Part shown: one piece after another, positions 15,001-30,000 of the stretch
How positions within the stretch are numbered: position 1 is the first letter of the stretch
Layout of the letters: each line of letters starts with the position of its first letter
NCBI RefSeq assembly: GCF_009914755.1
Contig: NC_060946.1
Source: the human T2T-CHM13v2.0 reference genome, Homo sapiens
Reading direction: 5' to 3' (one strand)
DNA: 64,000 bases
The notes under the pieces: generated by a model
The model's database searches: none
Seen by the model: the letters and a program-made list of their open reading frames with translations, nothing else
What the model was told of the DNA's origin: nothing
Position numbers and translations under genes: made by a program

Positions 15001-18000
15001 GAGTGGAGTGGAGTGCAGTGGAATTTAGTGGAGTGGATTGGAATGGAATGGAATGGAATGGAGTGGAGTGGAATGGAATGGAGTGGAGTGGAATGGAATG
15101 GAAAGGAATGGAGTGGAATGGAATGGAGTGAAATAGAGTGGAGTGGAATGGTGCGTAGTGGACTAGAGTGGATTGGAATGGAATGGAATGAAGTGGAGTG
15201 GAGTGGTGTGGAATAAGGTGTAAGGGAATAGAGTGCAAAGAGTGCTGTGGAATTTAAAGGAATGTAATGGATTTGAGAGAAATAAAGTTTAATATTGTGA
15301 AGAGGGATGGAAAGGAATGGATTGGAATGGAATGGAATTGAATGGAATGGGTTGAAATGGAGTGGAATGGAATGGAATGGAATAGAATGGAATGTAGTGG
15401 TGTGGAGTGGAGTGGAGTGTATTGAAGTGGTGTGGAAAGGAATCGAGTGAAACGGAATGAAAAGAAATGGAATGGAATGGAGTGGAATGGAATGAAGTGG
15501 AATGGAAGGGATTGGAGTGGAATGGAATGGAATGGAGTAGAGCTGACTGGAATGGAATTGAATGGAATGGAATGGAATTGAATGGTGTAGAGTAGAGTGG
15601 AATGGAATGGAAAGGAATTAAGTGGAATGGAGTGCAGTGGAGTGCACTGGAGAGATGTGTAGTGGAGTGGAGGGTTGGTGTGGAGTGGAATTGAGTGGAA
15701 TGGAGTAGAATAGAATGGAATGGAGTGGATTGAAATAGAATGGAGTGTAGTGGAATGGAGTTGAGTGGAATGGTTTAGATTGGATAGGAATGGAATGGAT
15801 TGGATTGTAGGGGAGTGGAATGGAATAGAATGTGGTGTAGTGGAATGGAATGAAATGAAATGGAAAGGATTGGAGTAGAATGGGGTGGAATGGAGTGGAG
15901 TGTAGTGGAATGGACTGGAATGGAATGGAGTGCAATGGAATAGAATGGAATGGAGTGAAACGGAATGGAATCTTTTGGAATTGACTGGAGTGGAACGTAC
16001 TAGAGTGCAATTGAGTGTAGTAGAAAGGAGTGGAGTGCAGTGGAATGGAATGGAGTGGACTGGAATGGAGTGGAGTGGAGTGGAATGGAGTGGAGTTGAA
16101 AGGAGTGGAGTGGAATTGAGTGGAATTCAATGGAGTTGAATGGAGTGGAGTGGAATGGAGTGGAAAGGTCTGAAAGGGAATGGAATGGGATGGAACGGAA
16201 TGGAACGGAATGGAATGGAATGGAGTTGAATGGAATGGAACGGAGTGGAATGGAGTGGAATGGAACGGAGTGGAATGGTGTGGAGTGGAATGGAGTGGAG
16301 TGGAGTGGAGTGGAATGGAGTGGTGTGGTGTGGAGTGTAATGGAATGGAATGGAATGAATTGGAATGGAGTGCAATGGAATGGAGTGGAATGGAGTGGAG
16401 TGGAGTGTTGTGGAGTTGAGTGGAATGGTGTGCAGTGAAATGGAATGGATTTCAATGGAATGGAGTGGAATGCAATTGAGTGTTAGTGGTCTGGTGTGGA
16501 TCGGAGTGGCATGGAGTGGAGTGGTGTGGAATGGAATGTAGTGGAATGGAGTGGAATGCAATGGAATGTATTGGAATGGAGTGGAATGGAATGTAGGGGA
16601 ATGGAGTGGAATTATAGGGAATAGAGAGGAGTGGTGTGGAGTGCAGTGTCGTGGCGTTTAGTGCAGTGGAAAGGAGTGGAATGGATTGGAATGGAAGGGA
16701 GGGGAGTGGAATGGAATGCAGTGGAATTTACTTGAATGAAATGGAATGTAGTGGAGTGGTGTGGTGTGTAGTGGACTGGAGTTTAGTGCAGCGGAATAGA
16801 GTGGAATGCATTGAAATCCAATGGAATGGAGTGGAGGGGAATGGAATGGAGTGGAGTGGAATACAATGGAATGCAATGGAGTGGAATGGAACGGAATGAA
16901 GTGGACTGGAATAGAATGGAATGGAGTGGAATGTAACGTAATTGAGTGGATTGGAATGGAAAAGAGTGGAATGGAATGGAATGGAGTGGAATGGAATGGA
17001 GTGTAATCGAGTGTTTTGGAGTGGAATCGAATGGAATTGAATGCAGTGGAATTGAATGAATGGGGTGGAAAGGAGTGGAGTGGAATGAGCTGAAAACTAA
17101 TGGAATGGAATGGAATGGAGTGAAAGGGAATGGAGTTAAGTGGAATGGAATGAAATGGAATTTCATGGAGTGGAGACTAGAGGAGTAGAATGTAATGGAG
17201 TCGGTGGAGTGAAATGGAGAAGAGTGGAGTGGAACGGAATGGAATGGAGTGGAGTGGAATGGAGTGGAATCGAATGGAATGGAGTGGAGTAGAGTGCAAT
17301 GGAGTGGAGTGAAGTGGAGTGGAGCACAGTGAAATGGAATGGTGTTTAGTGAAGTGGAATAAAATTGAAAGGAGTGGAATGTAGTGGAATCAAATGGAGT
17401 GGAGGGGAGAAGAGTTTAGAGGAGTGAAGTGGAGTGAAGTGGAGTGTAGTGGAATGGAAAGGAATGTAATGGAGTTGAGTGGAGTGGGGTGAAGGTGAGT
17501 GGAGTGGAGTGGAATTGATTCTTTGGATTGTGGTGGAATGGAATGGAAAGGAGTGGAATGGGGTGGAATTTAATGGAAAGGAGTGGAATGGAGTGGAATG
17601 GAATGGAATGGATTGGAATGGAATGGATTGGAATGGAATGGAATGGACTGGAAAGTAACGGAATGGAATGGAATGCAACGGAGTGGAAAGGAATGGAGTG
17701 GAATTGAGTGGAGATTAATGGAGTGCATTTGAGTGGAATGGAATGAAATGGACTGAAATAGATTGGAAAGGAATGGAATGGAGTGGGGTGGAATGGAGTG
17801 GAATGGAATAGAATGCATTGGACTGGAATGGACTGGAATGGAATGGAGTGGAATGGAATGGTGTGGAATGGAGTTTAATGGAAAGGAATGGAATGGAACG
17901 GAATGGAATGGAATGTGGTGGAGTGGAAAGGAATGTAATGGAATGGAATGGAGTGGAATTCAATGGAATGGAATGGAATGTAAAGAAATGGAACCGTATG

Positions 18001-21000
18001 GAGTCGAATAGAATTGAATGGGATGGAATGGAATGGAGTGGAATTTAGTGGATTGGAATGGAATGGAGTGGAATGAAATGGAATGGAGAGGAGCGGAGAT
18101 GAGTGGAGTGGATTGAAATGCAGCGGAATGGATTGGAATGGATTGCAATGCAATGGAAAATTGTGGAGTGGAATGGAATGGAGTGGAGTGGAATGGAATG
18201 CAAATTAATGGATTGGAATGGAATGGAATGAAGTGGAATGCAATGTAATGGAATGGTGTGGATTGGAATGGAATAGAGGGGAGTGTAATGGAATGGAGTG
18301 GAGTGGAATGGAGTGGAATTGAGTGGTGTGGAGTGGAATGGAATGGAATGGAGTGGAGTGGAATGTAGTGGAAAGGAGTGGAGTGGATTGGAATGGGGTG
18401 GAATGGAAAGGAAAGGAATGGAGTAGAATGGAATGGAATTGAATATAATGGAATGGAGTGGAATCAAATGGAGTGGAAGGGAATGGAGAGGGGTGGAATG
18501 GAATGGAATGGAGTGGAGTGGAATGGAATGAAATGGAATGGAGTGGAGTGGAATGGAATGAAATGGAATGGAATGGATTGGAGTGGAGTGGCATGGAATA
18601 TAATGGCGTGGAGTAGAGTGGAGTTAAGAGTAAGGGAGTGGAGTGGAAAGGAAAGGAACTGAGAGGAGTGGAGTGGAGTGGATTGGAATGGAATGGAGTG
18701 GAGAAGAGGGGAATGGAGTGGAGTGAAGTGGAGTGGAGTAGAGTGGATTGGAGTCAAGTGGAACAGAATTGAGATGAGTGAAGTTGAATAAAATGGAAAG
18801 GAGTGGAATGGAGAGGAATGGAATGGAGTGGCATGAAGAGGAGTGTAGTGGCATAGAGTTGTATGGAGTGGAGTGGAATGGAGTCTTTTGCATTTTGATG
18901 GAATAGAATGGATTTTTAGTGGAATGGAGTGGAATGGAATGGAATGGAAAGGAATGGAGTGGAATGGAGTGGAATGGAATGGAATGGAATGGAGTGGAAA
19001 GTAATGGAGTGGAATGAAATGGAATGGAATGGAGTGTAATGGAATGAAATGGAAAGGAATGGAAAGGAATGGAATGGAATGGAATGGAAAGGAATGGAAT
19101 GGAATGGAATGGAAAGGAATGGAAATGAATGGAATGGAATGAAATGGAATGGAATGGAATGGAATGGAAAGGAGTGGAATAGAATGGAGTGGAATGGAGT
19201 GAAGAGGAATGCAGTAGAGTGTAGTAGAAAGGAATGGAGTTGAAAGGAATGGAATGGAGTGCAATAAATTCGAATGGACTGGAATGGATTGTGGTGGAAT
19301 GGAGTGGAATGAAATACAATGCAATGGAATGAATTAGAATGGAATGGAATTGAAGGGAATGAAATGGAGTGGAATGGAATGGAACGGGATGGAATGGATT
19401 AGAATGGAGTGGATTGGGGTGCAATGGAATGGAATGGAGTGGAGTGGAATGGAATGGAATAGAATGGAATGGAATGGAATGGAATGGAATGGAAAGGAAT
19501 GGAATGGAATAGAATGGAATGGAAAGTAATGGAATGGAAAGGAATGGAATGTAGTGGAGTGGATTGGAATGGAGTGTAGAGGAATGGAATGGAGTGGTGT
19601 GGAATTGAACGCAGTGGAGTGAAGTGGAATGGATTGGAATGGTGTGGATTGCATTGGAATGGAGTGGAGTGGAATGGAATTGAATTGAATGGAAAGGAGT
19701 AGAATGGAATGGTGTGGAATTCAATGGAGTGCAATGCAATGGGGTGGAATGTAGTTGAATGAAATGGTGTGGAGTGGAATGTAATGAAATGATTTGCAAT
19801 AGAACGGAGTGGAATGGATTGGAATGGATTGGAATGAAATGAAACGGAGATGAGTGGAGTGGAGTGCAGTGCAGTGGAATGGAGTGGAATGGATTGGTAT
19901 GTTATGGAATGGAATGGAATGGAAAGTAGTGGAATGGAGTGGAGTGGAGTGGAATGGAACGGAATGGAATGAAATGGAATGGAATGGAATGGAGTGGAAT
20001 GGAATCGAATGGAATGGAGTGGAGTGGAATGGAATAGATTGGAGTGGAATGGAAGTTAGTGGAATTGAATGGAGTGGTATGTAGTGGTGTGGAGTGGAAA
20101 TTAATGGAATGGAGTGGATTGGAATGGAATGGAAAGTGGAGTAGAGTTGAATGGGATGGAATGGAATGGAATGCAGTTAAAAGGAAAGGAATGGATTGGA
20201 ATTCAGTGGAATGGAATGGAAAGGAGTGGTGTGGAATGGAATGGAATGGAGTGGAGTGGAGTGGATTTGAATGAAATTGAATGGAATGAAATGGAGTAGC
20301 ATGGAGTGTGGTGGAATGGAATGGAGTCGAGTGGAGTGGAGTGGAGTGGAGTGAAGTGGAGGGGAGTAGAGTGGAATGGAATGGATCGGATTTTAGTGGA
20401 GTGGATTGGAATGGAATGGAGTGAAGTTGAGTGGAATGGAGGGGAGTTGAGTGGAGGCGAGTGGATTGGAATGGATTGGAGCGAACTGTAATAAAATGGA
20501 ATGGTGTGGAATGGAGTGGAATGGAATGGATTAGAAGGGAGTAGAGTTTAGAGGAGTGGAGTGGAATGGAGTGGAGTGGAAAGGAATGGAGTGGAGTGGA
20601 ATTTAATGGAATGGAGTGGAGGTGAGTGGCGTGGAGTTGAGTTTAGTAGAGTGGAATGGAGTGGAGTGGAGTGGCGTGCAATTAAGTGGAGTGGAGTGGA
20701 ATGGAGTGGTTTGTATGCTGGTGGAATGGAAGGGAATGTAGTGGATTGCAGTGGAAAGGAATGGAATGGAGGATAATGGAAGGAATGGAAGTGAAAATAA
20801 CGGAATGGAATAGAATGGAATGGAGTGGAATGGAACAGACCGGAATGGAGTGGATTGGAGTGCAGAGGAATGCAGTTTAGTTTAGTGGATTGGAGTGGAA
20901 AGGAGTGGAGTGGAGTGGAGTGAAATAGAATGGACTGGAGTGGAATGGAATGGAATGGAATGGAGTGGAGTGGAATGGAAAGAGTGTTGTAGAGAGAAAT

Positions 21001-24000
21001 ATAATGGAGTGGAGGGGTGTGGAATGGAACGGATTGGAGTGTAACGGATTGGTATGGAATGAAATTTAGTGGAATTGAATGGAATGTAATGGAATGGATT
21101 GGAACGGAATGAAATGGATTGCGGTGTAGTTGATTGGAAAGGAGAGGAGTGGAATGGAATGGAGTGGTATGGAATGTAATGGAGTGGAATGGAGTGGAAT
21201 AGAATGGAGTTGAGTAGAATGGAGTGGAATGGAATCGAGTGGAGTGGACTGAAACTGAGTTGAATGGAATGGAGTGGAATGGAGTCGAATCTAGTGGAGT
21301 GCAATGGAAAGAAATGGAGTGGCGTGGAGTATAGGGGAGTGATGTGGAATGGAATTTAATGGAGCAGATAGAAATGAAATGGAGTGGACAGGAGTGGAAT
21401 GGAATTGAATGGACAGGAGTGGAATGGAGTGGAGAAGAATGGTGTGGAGATTAAAGGATTGGAGTGGACTATAATGGAGTGGAATGGAATGGAGTGGAGT
21501 GGAGTGAAGTGTAGTAGAAAGGAATGGAATGGAGTGGAGTGGAGTGGTTTGGAGTGCATTTGAATGTAGTGGTGTGGAATACAATGGAGTGGAGTGCAGT
21601 GGAGTGGAATGGAATGGATTGGAGTGGAATGGAGTGCAGTAGAATTGGGTGAATTGGAATGGATTAGAGTGGAGAGAAATGGGAAGGAATGGAGTGGAAT
21701 GGAATGGACTGGAGAGGAGGGGATTGGTGAGTATTGGAATGGGTAGGAGTGGAGTGGAATGGAATGGAATCGAGGGGTGTGGAGAGGAATTGACTAGAGT
21801 GGAAAGGAAAGGACGGAAGAGGAATGGAATGGAATGGAGTGGAATGGAATGGAAAGGAGTGGAACAGCATGGAGTGAAATGGAGGGGAATGGAGTGGAGT
21901 GGAATGGAATGTATTGGAATGGAATGGAGAGGTATGGAATGGAGTGGTATGGAATGGAGGGGAAAGGAGTTGGATAGAGTGGAGTGGAATTGAATGGAGT
22001 GCGATGGAAAAGAGCAGAATGGAACGGAGTGGAGTGGAGTGGATTGGAATGGAGGGGAATGGAATGGAACTGGATGGAATGGATTAGAATGGAGTGTATT
22101 GGAGTGGAATGGAATGGAGTGCAGTGGAATGGAATGGAATAGAATGGAATTCAATGAAATGGAATGGAAAGGGATGGAATGGAATGGAATGGAATGGAAT
22201 GGAATGGAATGGAATGGAATGTAGTGGAGTGGATTGGAATGGAGTGTAGTGGAATGGAAAGGAGTTGTTTGGAATTGAATGGAGTGGACTGGAGTGGAAT
22301 GGAATTCAATGGTGTGGATTGCAGTGGCGTGGACTGGAGTGGAATGCAATGAAATGGAATGAAATGGAATGGAAAAGAGTAGGATGGAATGGTGAGGAAT
22401 TCAACGGAGTGCAATGGAATGGGGTGGAATGTAGTTGAATGAAATGGTGTGGAGTGGAATGGAATGAACTGGTATGCAATGGAACGGGTGGAACGGAGTG
22501 GAATGGAGTGGATGAAATGAAAAGGAGATGAGTGAAGTGGAGTGGAGAGCCGTCGAAAGGAGTGGAATGGATTGGAATGGTATGGAATGGAATGGAGTGG
22601 AATGGAATGGAATGGAGTGGAGTGGAACGGAATTTAATGGAATGGAATGGAATGGAATGCAATGGAATTGAGTGGAGTGGAATGGAATGGAATGGAGTCG
22701 AATGGAATAGATTGGAATGGAGTGGAATGGAATGGAGTGGTATGTAGTGGTATGGAGTGGAAAGGAATGGAATGGAGTGGAGTGGAAAGGAATGGAATGG
22801 AGTGGAGTGGAATGGAATGGAAAGTGGAGTAGAGTTGAGTGGGATGGAATGGAATGGAATGGAATGGAATGCAGTTAAAAGGAATGGACTGGATTGGAAT
22901 TCAGTGGCATGGAATGGAATGGAGTGGAGTAGAATGGAATGGAATGGGATGGAGTGGATTCTAATAAATTGCATGGAATGGAATGCAGTGGAGTGGAGTG
23001 GAATGGAATGGAATGGAGTGGAGTGGAGTGGAGTGGAGTTAAGTGGAGTGGAGTGGAGTGGAATGGAATGGAGTTGAGTGGAATGGAGTGGAGTGGAGTG
23101 GAGGCGAGTGGATTGGAATGGAGTGGAGTCAGGTGGAATAAAATGGAATGGAGTGGAAGGGAATGGATTGGAAGGGAGTGGAGTTTAGAGGAGTGGAGTG
23201 GAATGTAGTGAAGTGGAAAGGAATGGAGTGGAGTGGAATGGAATGGAATGGAGTGGAGGTGAGTGGCGTGGAGTTGAGTTTAGTGGAGTGGAATGGAGTG
23301 GAGTGGAGTGGCGTGGATTTAAGTGGAGTGGAGTGGAATGGTGTGGTTTGTATGGTGGTGGAATGGAATGGAGTGGAGTGGAATGGAGTTGAAAGGAATG
23401 GAATGGAGTAGAATGGAAAGGAATGGAAGTGAAAGTAACGGAATGAAATAGAATGGAATGGAGTGGAATGGAATGGATGGGAATGGAGTGGATTGGAGTG
23501 GAGAGTAATGCAGTTTATTTTAGTGGATTGGAATTGAAAGGAATGGAGTGGAGTGGAGTGAAATGGAATGGACTGGAGTGGAATGGAATGGAATGGAGTG
23601 GAGTGGAATGGAAAGGAGTAGAGTAGCATGGAAAGAGTGGGGTGGAGTGACATGTAATGGAGTGGAGTGGTGTGGAATTGAACGGATTGGAGTGGAACGG
23701 ATTGGAATATAATGAAGTTTAGAGGAATTGAATGGAATGTAATGAAATGGATTGCAATGGAATGAAATGGATTGCGGTGTAGTTGATTTGAAAGGAGTGG
23801 AGTGGAATGGAATGGAGTGGTATAGAATGTAATGGAGTTGAATGGATTGGAATAGAACAGAGTTGAGTAGAATGACGTGGAATGGAATGGAGTTGAGTGG
23901 ACTGAAACTGAGTTGAATGGAATGGAGTGGAATTGTGTCTAATCTATTGGAGTGCAATGGAAAGGGGTGGAGTGGAGTGGAGTATAGTGGATTGAGGTGG

Positions 24001-27000
24001 AATGGAATTTAATGGAGTAGACTGAAATGAAAAGGAGTGGACAGGAGTGGAGAAGAATGGTGTGGAGATGAATGGATTGGAGTGGAGTATAATGGAGTGG
24101 AATGGAATGGAGTGGAGTGGAGTGGAGTGGTTTGGCGTGCATTTGAATGTAGTGGTGTAATAGAATGTAGTGGAGTGCAGTAGAGTGGAATCGAATGGAT
24201 TGTAGTGAAATGGAGTGCAGTAGAATTGGGTGAAGTGGAATGGAATGGAGTGGACAGGAATGGGAGGGCATTTAGTGGAATGGTAGGGAGTGGAGAACAG
24301 TGGATTGGTGAGTATTTGAATGGGTAGGAGTGGATTGGAATGGTATGGAACTGAGTGGCGTGGAGTGGAATGGACTGGAGTTGAAAGGAAAGGACTGGAG
24401 AGGAATGGAATGGAATGGAGTGGAATGGAATGGAAAGGAGTGGAATGGCATGGAGTGAAATGGAGGGGAATGGAGTTGAATGGAATGGAATGTACTGGAA
24501 TGGAATGGAGTGGTATGGAATGGAGGGGAAAGAGTTGGATGGAGTGCAGTGGAATGGAATGGAGTGGAATGGAAAAGAGCGGAATGGAACTGAGTGGAGT
24601 GGAGTGGAGTGGAGTGGAATGGATTAGAGTGGATTGGAATGGAGTGGGGTGGACTAGAGGGTAGTGGAGTAGATTGCAATAGAATAGAATGGAGTAGAGT
24701 GGAGTGAACTGGAATGGAATGGAGTGGAATGATCTGGAGAGGAGTGCAGTGGAGTGGAATGGAATGCAGTGGAATGGAAGGGAATGGAGTGTTGTGTAGT
24801 TGAATGGAATGGAATGGAATGGATAGGAATGGAGTGGAACGAATGGAGAGGAGTGTAATGGAAAGAAATGGAGTGGAATGGAATGGAAGGAAGTGGAAGG
24901 GAATGGAGTGCAGTGGAATGGAATGGAGTGGAGTGGAGTGGAATGGAATGGAAAGAAGTTTAGTGGAATGGAGTGGAATGGACTGGAGTGGAATGGAGTG
25001 GAATGGTGTGGAGTGGATTGGAGTGGAATGAAATGGAATGGAGTGGAGTGGAGAATAATTGAGTGGAGTGGAATGGAATGGAGTGGAATGGAGTGGAGTG
25101 GAATGGAGTGTAATGGAATGGAATGGAGTGGGGTGGAGTGAAATGCAGTTGAGTGGAACGGAACGGACTGGAAGGCAGTGGAATGGAACGGAGTGGATTG
25201 GAAACACGTGGAAGGGAATATATTGAAGTGGAATGGAGTGGAAAGGAATGGAGTGGAACGGAATGGAGTGGATTACAATGGACTGGAATGGAATGGAATG
25301 GAGTGGAATGGAATGGAATGGAGTGGAATGGAGTGAAACGAAGTGAGTGGAGTGTAATGGAAAGGAATGGAGTGGAATGGAATGGAAGGAAGTGGAAGGG
25401 AATGGAGTGCAGTGGAATGGAATGGAGTGGAATAGAGTGGAATGGAATGGAAAGACGTGGAGTGGAATGGAATGGTGTGAAATGAAATGGAGTGGAATGG
25501 TGTGGAGTGGACTGGAGTGGAGTGGAATGGAATGAAATGTAATGGAGTGGAGTGGGGAATAATGGAGTGGTTTAGAATGGAATGGAGTGCAATGGAGTGG
25601 AGTGGAATGGAGTGGAATGGAATGGAATGGAGTGGAATGGAATGGAGTTGGGTGGAATGGAACGGACTGGAAGGCAGAAGAATGGAATGGAGTGGATTGG
25701 AGAGCAGAGGAAAGGAATATAGTGGAGTTTAATGGCGTGCAAAGGAATGGAGTGGAACGGAAATGAGTGGATTAGAATCGACTGGAATGGAATGGAGTGG
25801 AGTGGAATGGAATGAAGTGGAGTGAGGTGGAATGGAGTAGAATGGAGTGGAGTTGAATGGAATGGAGTGAAATGGAATGTAGCCGAATGAAGTGGAGTGG
25901 GATATAGTGGAGTGGAATGGAATGGAGTGGAGAGTAATGGACTGTGGTAGAGTGGGGTGGAGTGTAATGGAGTGGAGTGGAAAGGAGTTTAGTGGTGAGT
26001 AATGGAATGGAGTGGAGTGGAATGTAGTGGACTGCAGTGGAATGGATTGGAAAGGACTGGAGTGGAAAGAAATGGACTGGAGAAGAATGGAATGGAATGG
26101 AGTGGAATGTAACTGTAACAGAATGGAGTGTAATGGAATGGAGTGCAATGGAATGGAGTGTAATGGAATGGATTGGAGTGTAATGGAGAGTAGAATGTAG
26201 TGGTGTGGAATGGAATGGAGCGGAGTAGAATGGCGTCGTATGGAATGTAATTGAGTCGAGTAGAGTGGAGTGGAATGGAATGGAATGGAAAGAAATGGAG
26301 TATAATGGAATGGAGTGAAATGGAGTATAATGGAATGGAGTGGAATGGAGTGCAGTGGAGTGGAGTGGAATGGAGTGCAGTGGAGTGGAGTGGAATGGAA
26401 TGGAGTGTAATGGAATGTATTGGAATGGAGTTGGGTGCAGTGGAGTGGAATGGAATGGAATGGAATGGAATCGAGTGGAATGAAATGGAGTGCAATGGAG
26501 TGGAAAGGAATGGAGTGGAATGGGATGTTATGGAGAGGAGCGGAATGGAATGGAGGGGAATGGAATGGAGTGGAACAGAATGGAGGGGAATGGAATGGAG
26601 TGGAATGGAGTGGAGTGGAGTGGAATGGAATGGAGTGTAATGGAATCTATTGTAATGGAATGGAGTGGGGTGGAGTGTAGTGGAATGGAATGGAATGGAA
26701 TGGAATGGAATCGAATGGAATGAAATGGAGTGCAATGGAGTGGAAAGGAATGGAGTGGAATGGGATGGTATGGAGAGGAGTGGAATGGAATGCAGGGGAA
26801 TGGAATGGAGTGGAATGGAATGGAAGGGAATGGAATGGAGTGGAATGGAATGGAGTGGAATGGAGTGGAGTGGAGTGGAATGGAGTGGTGTAGAGTGATG
26901 TGGAATGGTTTGGAATTGAGTGGAATGGAGTGGAGTGGAATGGAACGGAGTGGATTGGATTGGAATGGTGTGGAGTGTAGTGGAATGGAGTGGAGTTTAC

Positions 27001-30000
27001 AAGGATGAAGTGGAGTGGAGTGGAGTCAAATGGAATAAAGTGGAGAATAATGGAGTGGGGTGGAATGGAGTCGGGTAGAAAGGGGTGGAGTGGAGTGGAA
27101 TGGACTGGGTAGGAATGGAAGGGAATAGAGAGGATTGGAATGGAGAGTAATGGAATCGATGGAATCGAATATAATGGAGTGGAGTGGAATGGAATGGAGT
27201 GGAATGGAACGGATTGAAATGGATTGGAATGGAGTGGAGCTGATTGGAATGTATTGGAGTGGAAAGAAATGGAGTGGAAAGGAATGGAGTGGCATTGAGT
27301 AGAATGGAGTGAAGTGGAGTGGAATGGAATGGAATGGATTGGAGTTGAGTGGAATGGAGTGTAGTGGAATAGAATTGAGTGTAGTGGAATGTAATGGAGT
27401 AGAGTTGAGTGGAATGGAATGGAGTGGAATGGAAAGGAGTGGAATGGAATGGATGGAGTGGAATATAATGGATTGGAGTTAAATTTAGTGGAGTAGAGTG
27501 GTGTGGAGTGGAAACGAATGGGGTGGGATGGAATGGAGTGGAATGGCGTGGGATGGAGTGGAATGGCATGGAATGGAATGGATTTAAAAGGAATGGAATG
27601 GAGTGCAGTGGAGATGATTGGTGTGGAGATGAATGGAATAGATAGGAATGGAGTGGAGTAGAGGGGAATGGAATGGAGTGTCATGGAATGGAATGGAGTG
27701 GAGTGGAATGGAATGGAATGGAATGGAGTGGATAGGAATGGAGTGGAGTGGAGTGGAATGGAATGGAACAAAGTGGACTAGAGTGTGATGCATTGGAAAG
27801 AAATGGAGTGGAGTGGAATGGAATACAGTGTAATGGAATGGAGTGGATGGCGTGGAATGGAGTGGAATGGCGTGGAATGGAATGGAGTTGAGTGGAATGG
27901 AATGGAGTGAAATGGAGTGGAGTGGAGTGGAATGGAATGGGGTGGAATGGAATGGGATGGAATGGGATAGAAAGGAGTGAAGTGGAGTGGAGTAGAATGG
28001 AGTGGAGTGAAATGGAATGGGTAGAAATGGATATGAATGGAGTGGAGTTTAGTGGAGTTGAGTGGAATGGAATGCATTGGAACGGAAAGGAATGGAATGG
28101 AATGGAATCGTTAAATGAAATGTGAGCTGACATTGTGCACTGCACTCCTGCTTGGCAGAGAGAGTGAGATCCTGTCGAAAGAAAGGAGTAGAATGGAATG
28201 AATTTAGAATGGAATGGAATGAAACAGAGTGGAGTGGAGTGGAGTGGCGTGGAGTGAAGTTGAGTGCTGTGGAATGGAGTGGTTTGGGTTCTGGTGGAAT
28301 GGAATGGAGTGCAATTAAGTGGAATGTAGTGGCTTGGATTGTGTTGGGATGGAATGAAATTGAGTGGAATGGAATGGAATGAAGTGGAATGGAATCGAAC
28401 GGAAGGGAAAGTAATGGAATGGAATGGCATGGAATGGAGCGGAAAGGAGTTTAATGGAGTGGAGAGGAATGGAGTGGAATGGAATGCCATGGAGTGGAAA
28501 GGAATGGAGTGGAGTGGAGCGGAGTAGAGTGGAGTGGAATGGAATGGGCAGAGTGGAATGGAGTGGAAAGGAGTGGAGTGGAATGGAATGGAGTGGAGTG
28601 GAGTGTAATATAATGCAGTGGAATGGTTTGGAATGGAACAGAGTGGAGTGGAATGGAATTTAGTTGAGTGGAATGCAATGGATTGTAATGGCATGGATTT
28701 CAACGGAATGTAATGTAATGGAGTGGAGTGGAGCGGAATGGAGTGGAGTGGAATGGAATGGAGTGGAGTGGAAAGTAATGGAATGTAATGGATTGGAATT
28801 GAAGGGAGTGGAGTGTAATGGAGTAGAATTGAATGGAGTTGAGTGGAAGGAAATGGAGTGGAATGGAATGGAGTGGAATGGAGTCAAATGGGTGGAGTGC
28901 AAACTAAAGGAGCAGAATGGAATGAGTAGAAAAGAGTGGAGTGGAATGGAATGGAATTCAATGGAATGGAGTGGAATGGAATGGAGTGGACTGGAGTGGA
29001 ATGGAGTTTAGTGAAGTGGAGTGGAATGCAATAGAATGAAATGAAATGGAGTTATGTGGAGTGGAATGGAGTTTATCTGAATTGAGTGTTGTGGAATGGA
29101 GTGGATTGGAATGGAATGGAGTGGAGTGGAGTGGAATGGAGTGGAGCGGAATGAAATGGAGTGGTGCAGAATGCAATGGAGTGTAGTGGATGGGAGTGGA
29201 ATGGATTGGATGGGAATGGAATGGAGTGGAGTGGAATTGAGTGGATTTGAGTGGAATGGAGTGGAGTGGAGTCGAGTGGAATGGAGTGGAGTGGAGTGGA
29301 ATGGAGTGGAATGGAATGGAATGGGTAGTAGTAGATAGGAATGGAGAGGAATGGAATTGAGTGGAATGAAATGGAGTGGAATGGAATGGAATGGATTGGA
29401 GTGGAATGGAATGGACTCAAGTGGAATCGAATGTAATGGAGTGGAGTGGAATTGAGTGGAATGGAGTGTTGTAAGGTGTGGTGGAATGAAATGGAATGGA
29501 GTGGAGTGGTAAGGAGTGAAGTGGAATGGAAAGGAATGGAGTAGAGTGGGGTGGAATTGAATGGATTGGAGCAGAGTGGAATGGAGAGGAATGGAGTGGA
29601 ATGGAATGGAATGGAGTGGAATGGAATAGAGTGGAGCTGAGTGGAGTGGAATGGAATGGATTGGAATGGAATGGAATGGATTGGAATGAAATGGAGTGCA
29701 ATGGAGTGGAATGGAACGGAGTGGAATGGGTTAAATGTTGTGGAGTGGAATGGAATGGATAGGAATGGAAAGGAGTGGAATGGAATGGAGTGGAGTGGAG
29801 TGGCGTGGAGTGAAGTAGAGTGATGTGGAATGGAATGGAATGGAGTGGAGTGGAGTGGAGTTTAGTGGGTTGGAATGGAATGGAATGGAGTGGCGTGGAA
29901 TGCAATGGTGTGGAGTGGAGTGGAGTGGAATGGTGTGGAGTGGAATGGAATGGAGTGGAGTGGAATAGAATGGAATGGAGTGGAGTGGAATGGAGTGTAG

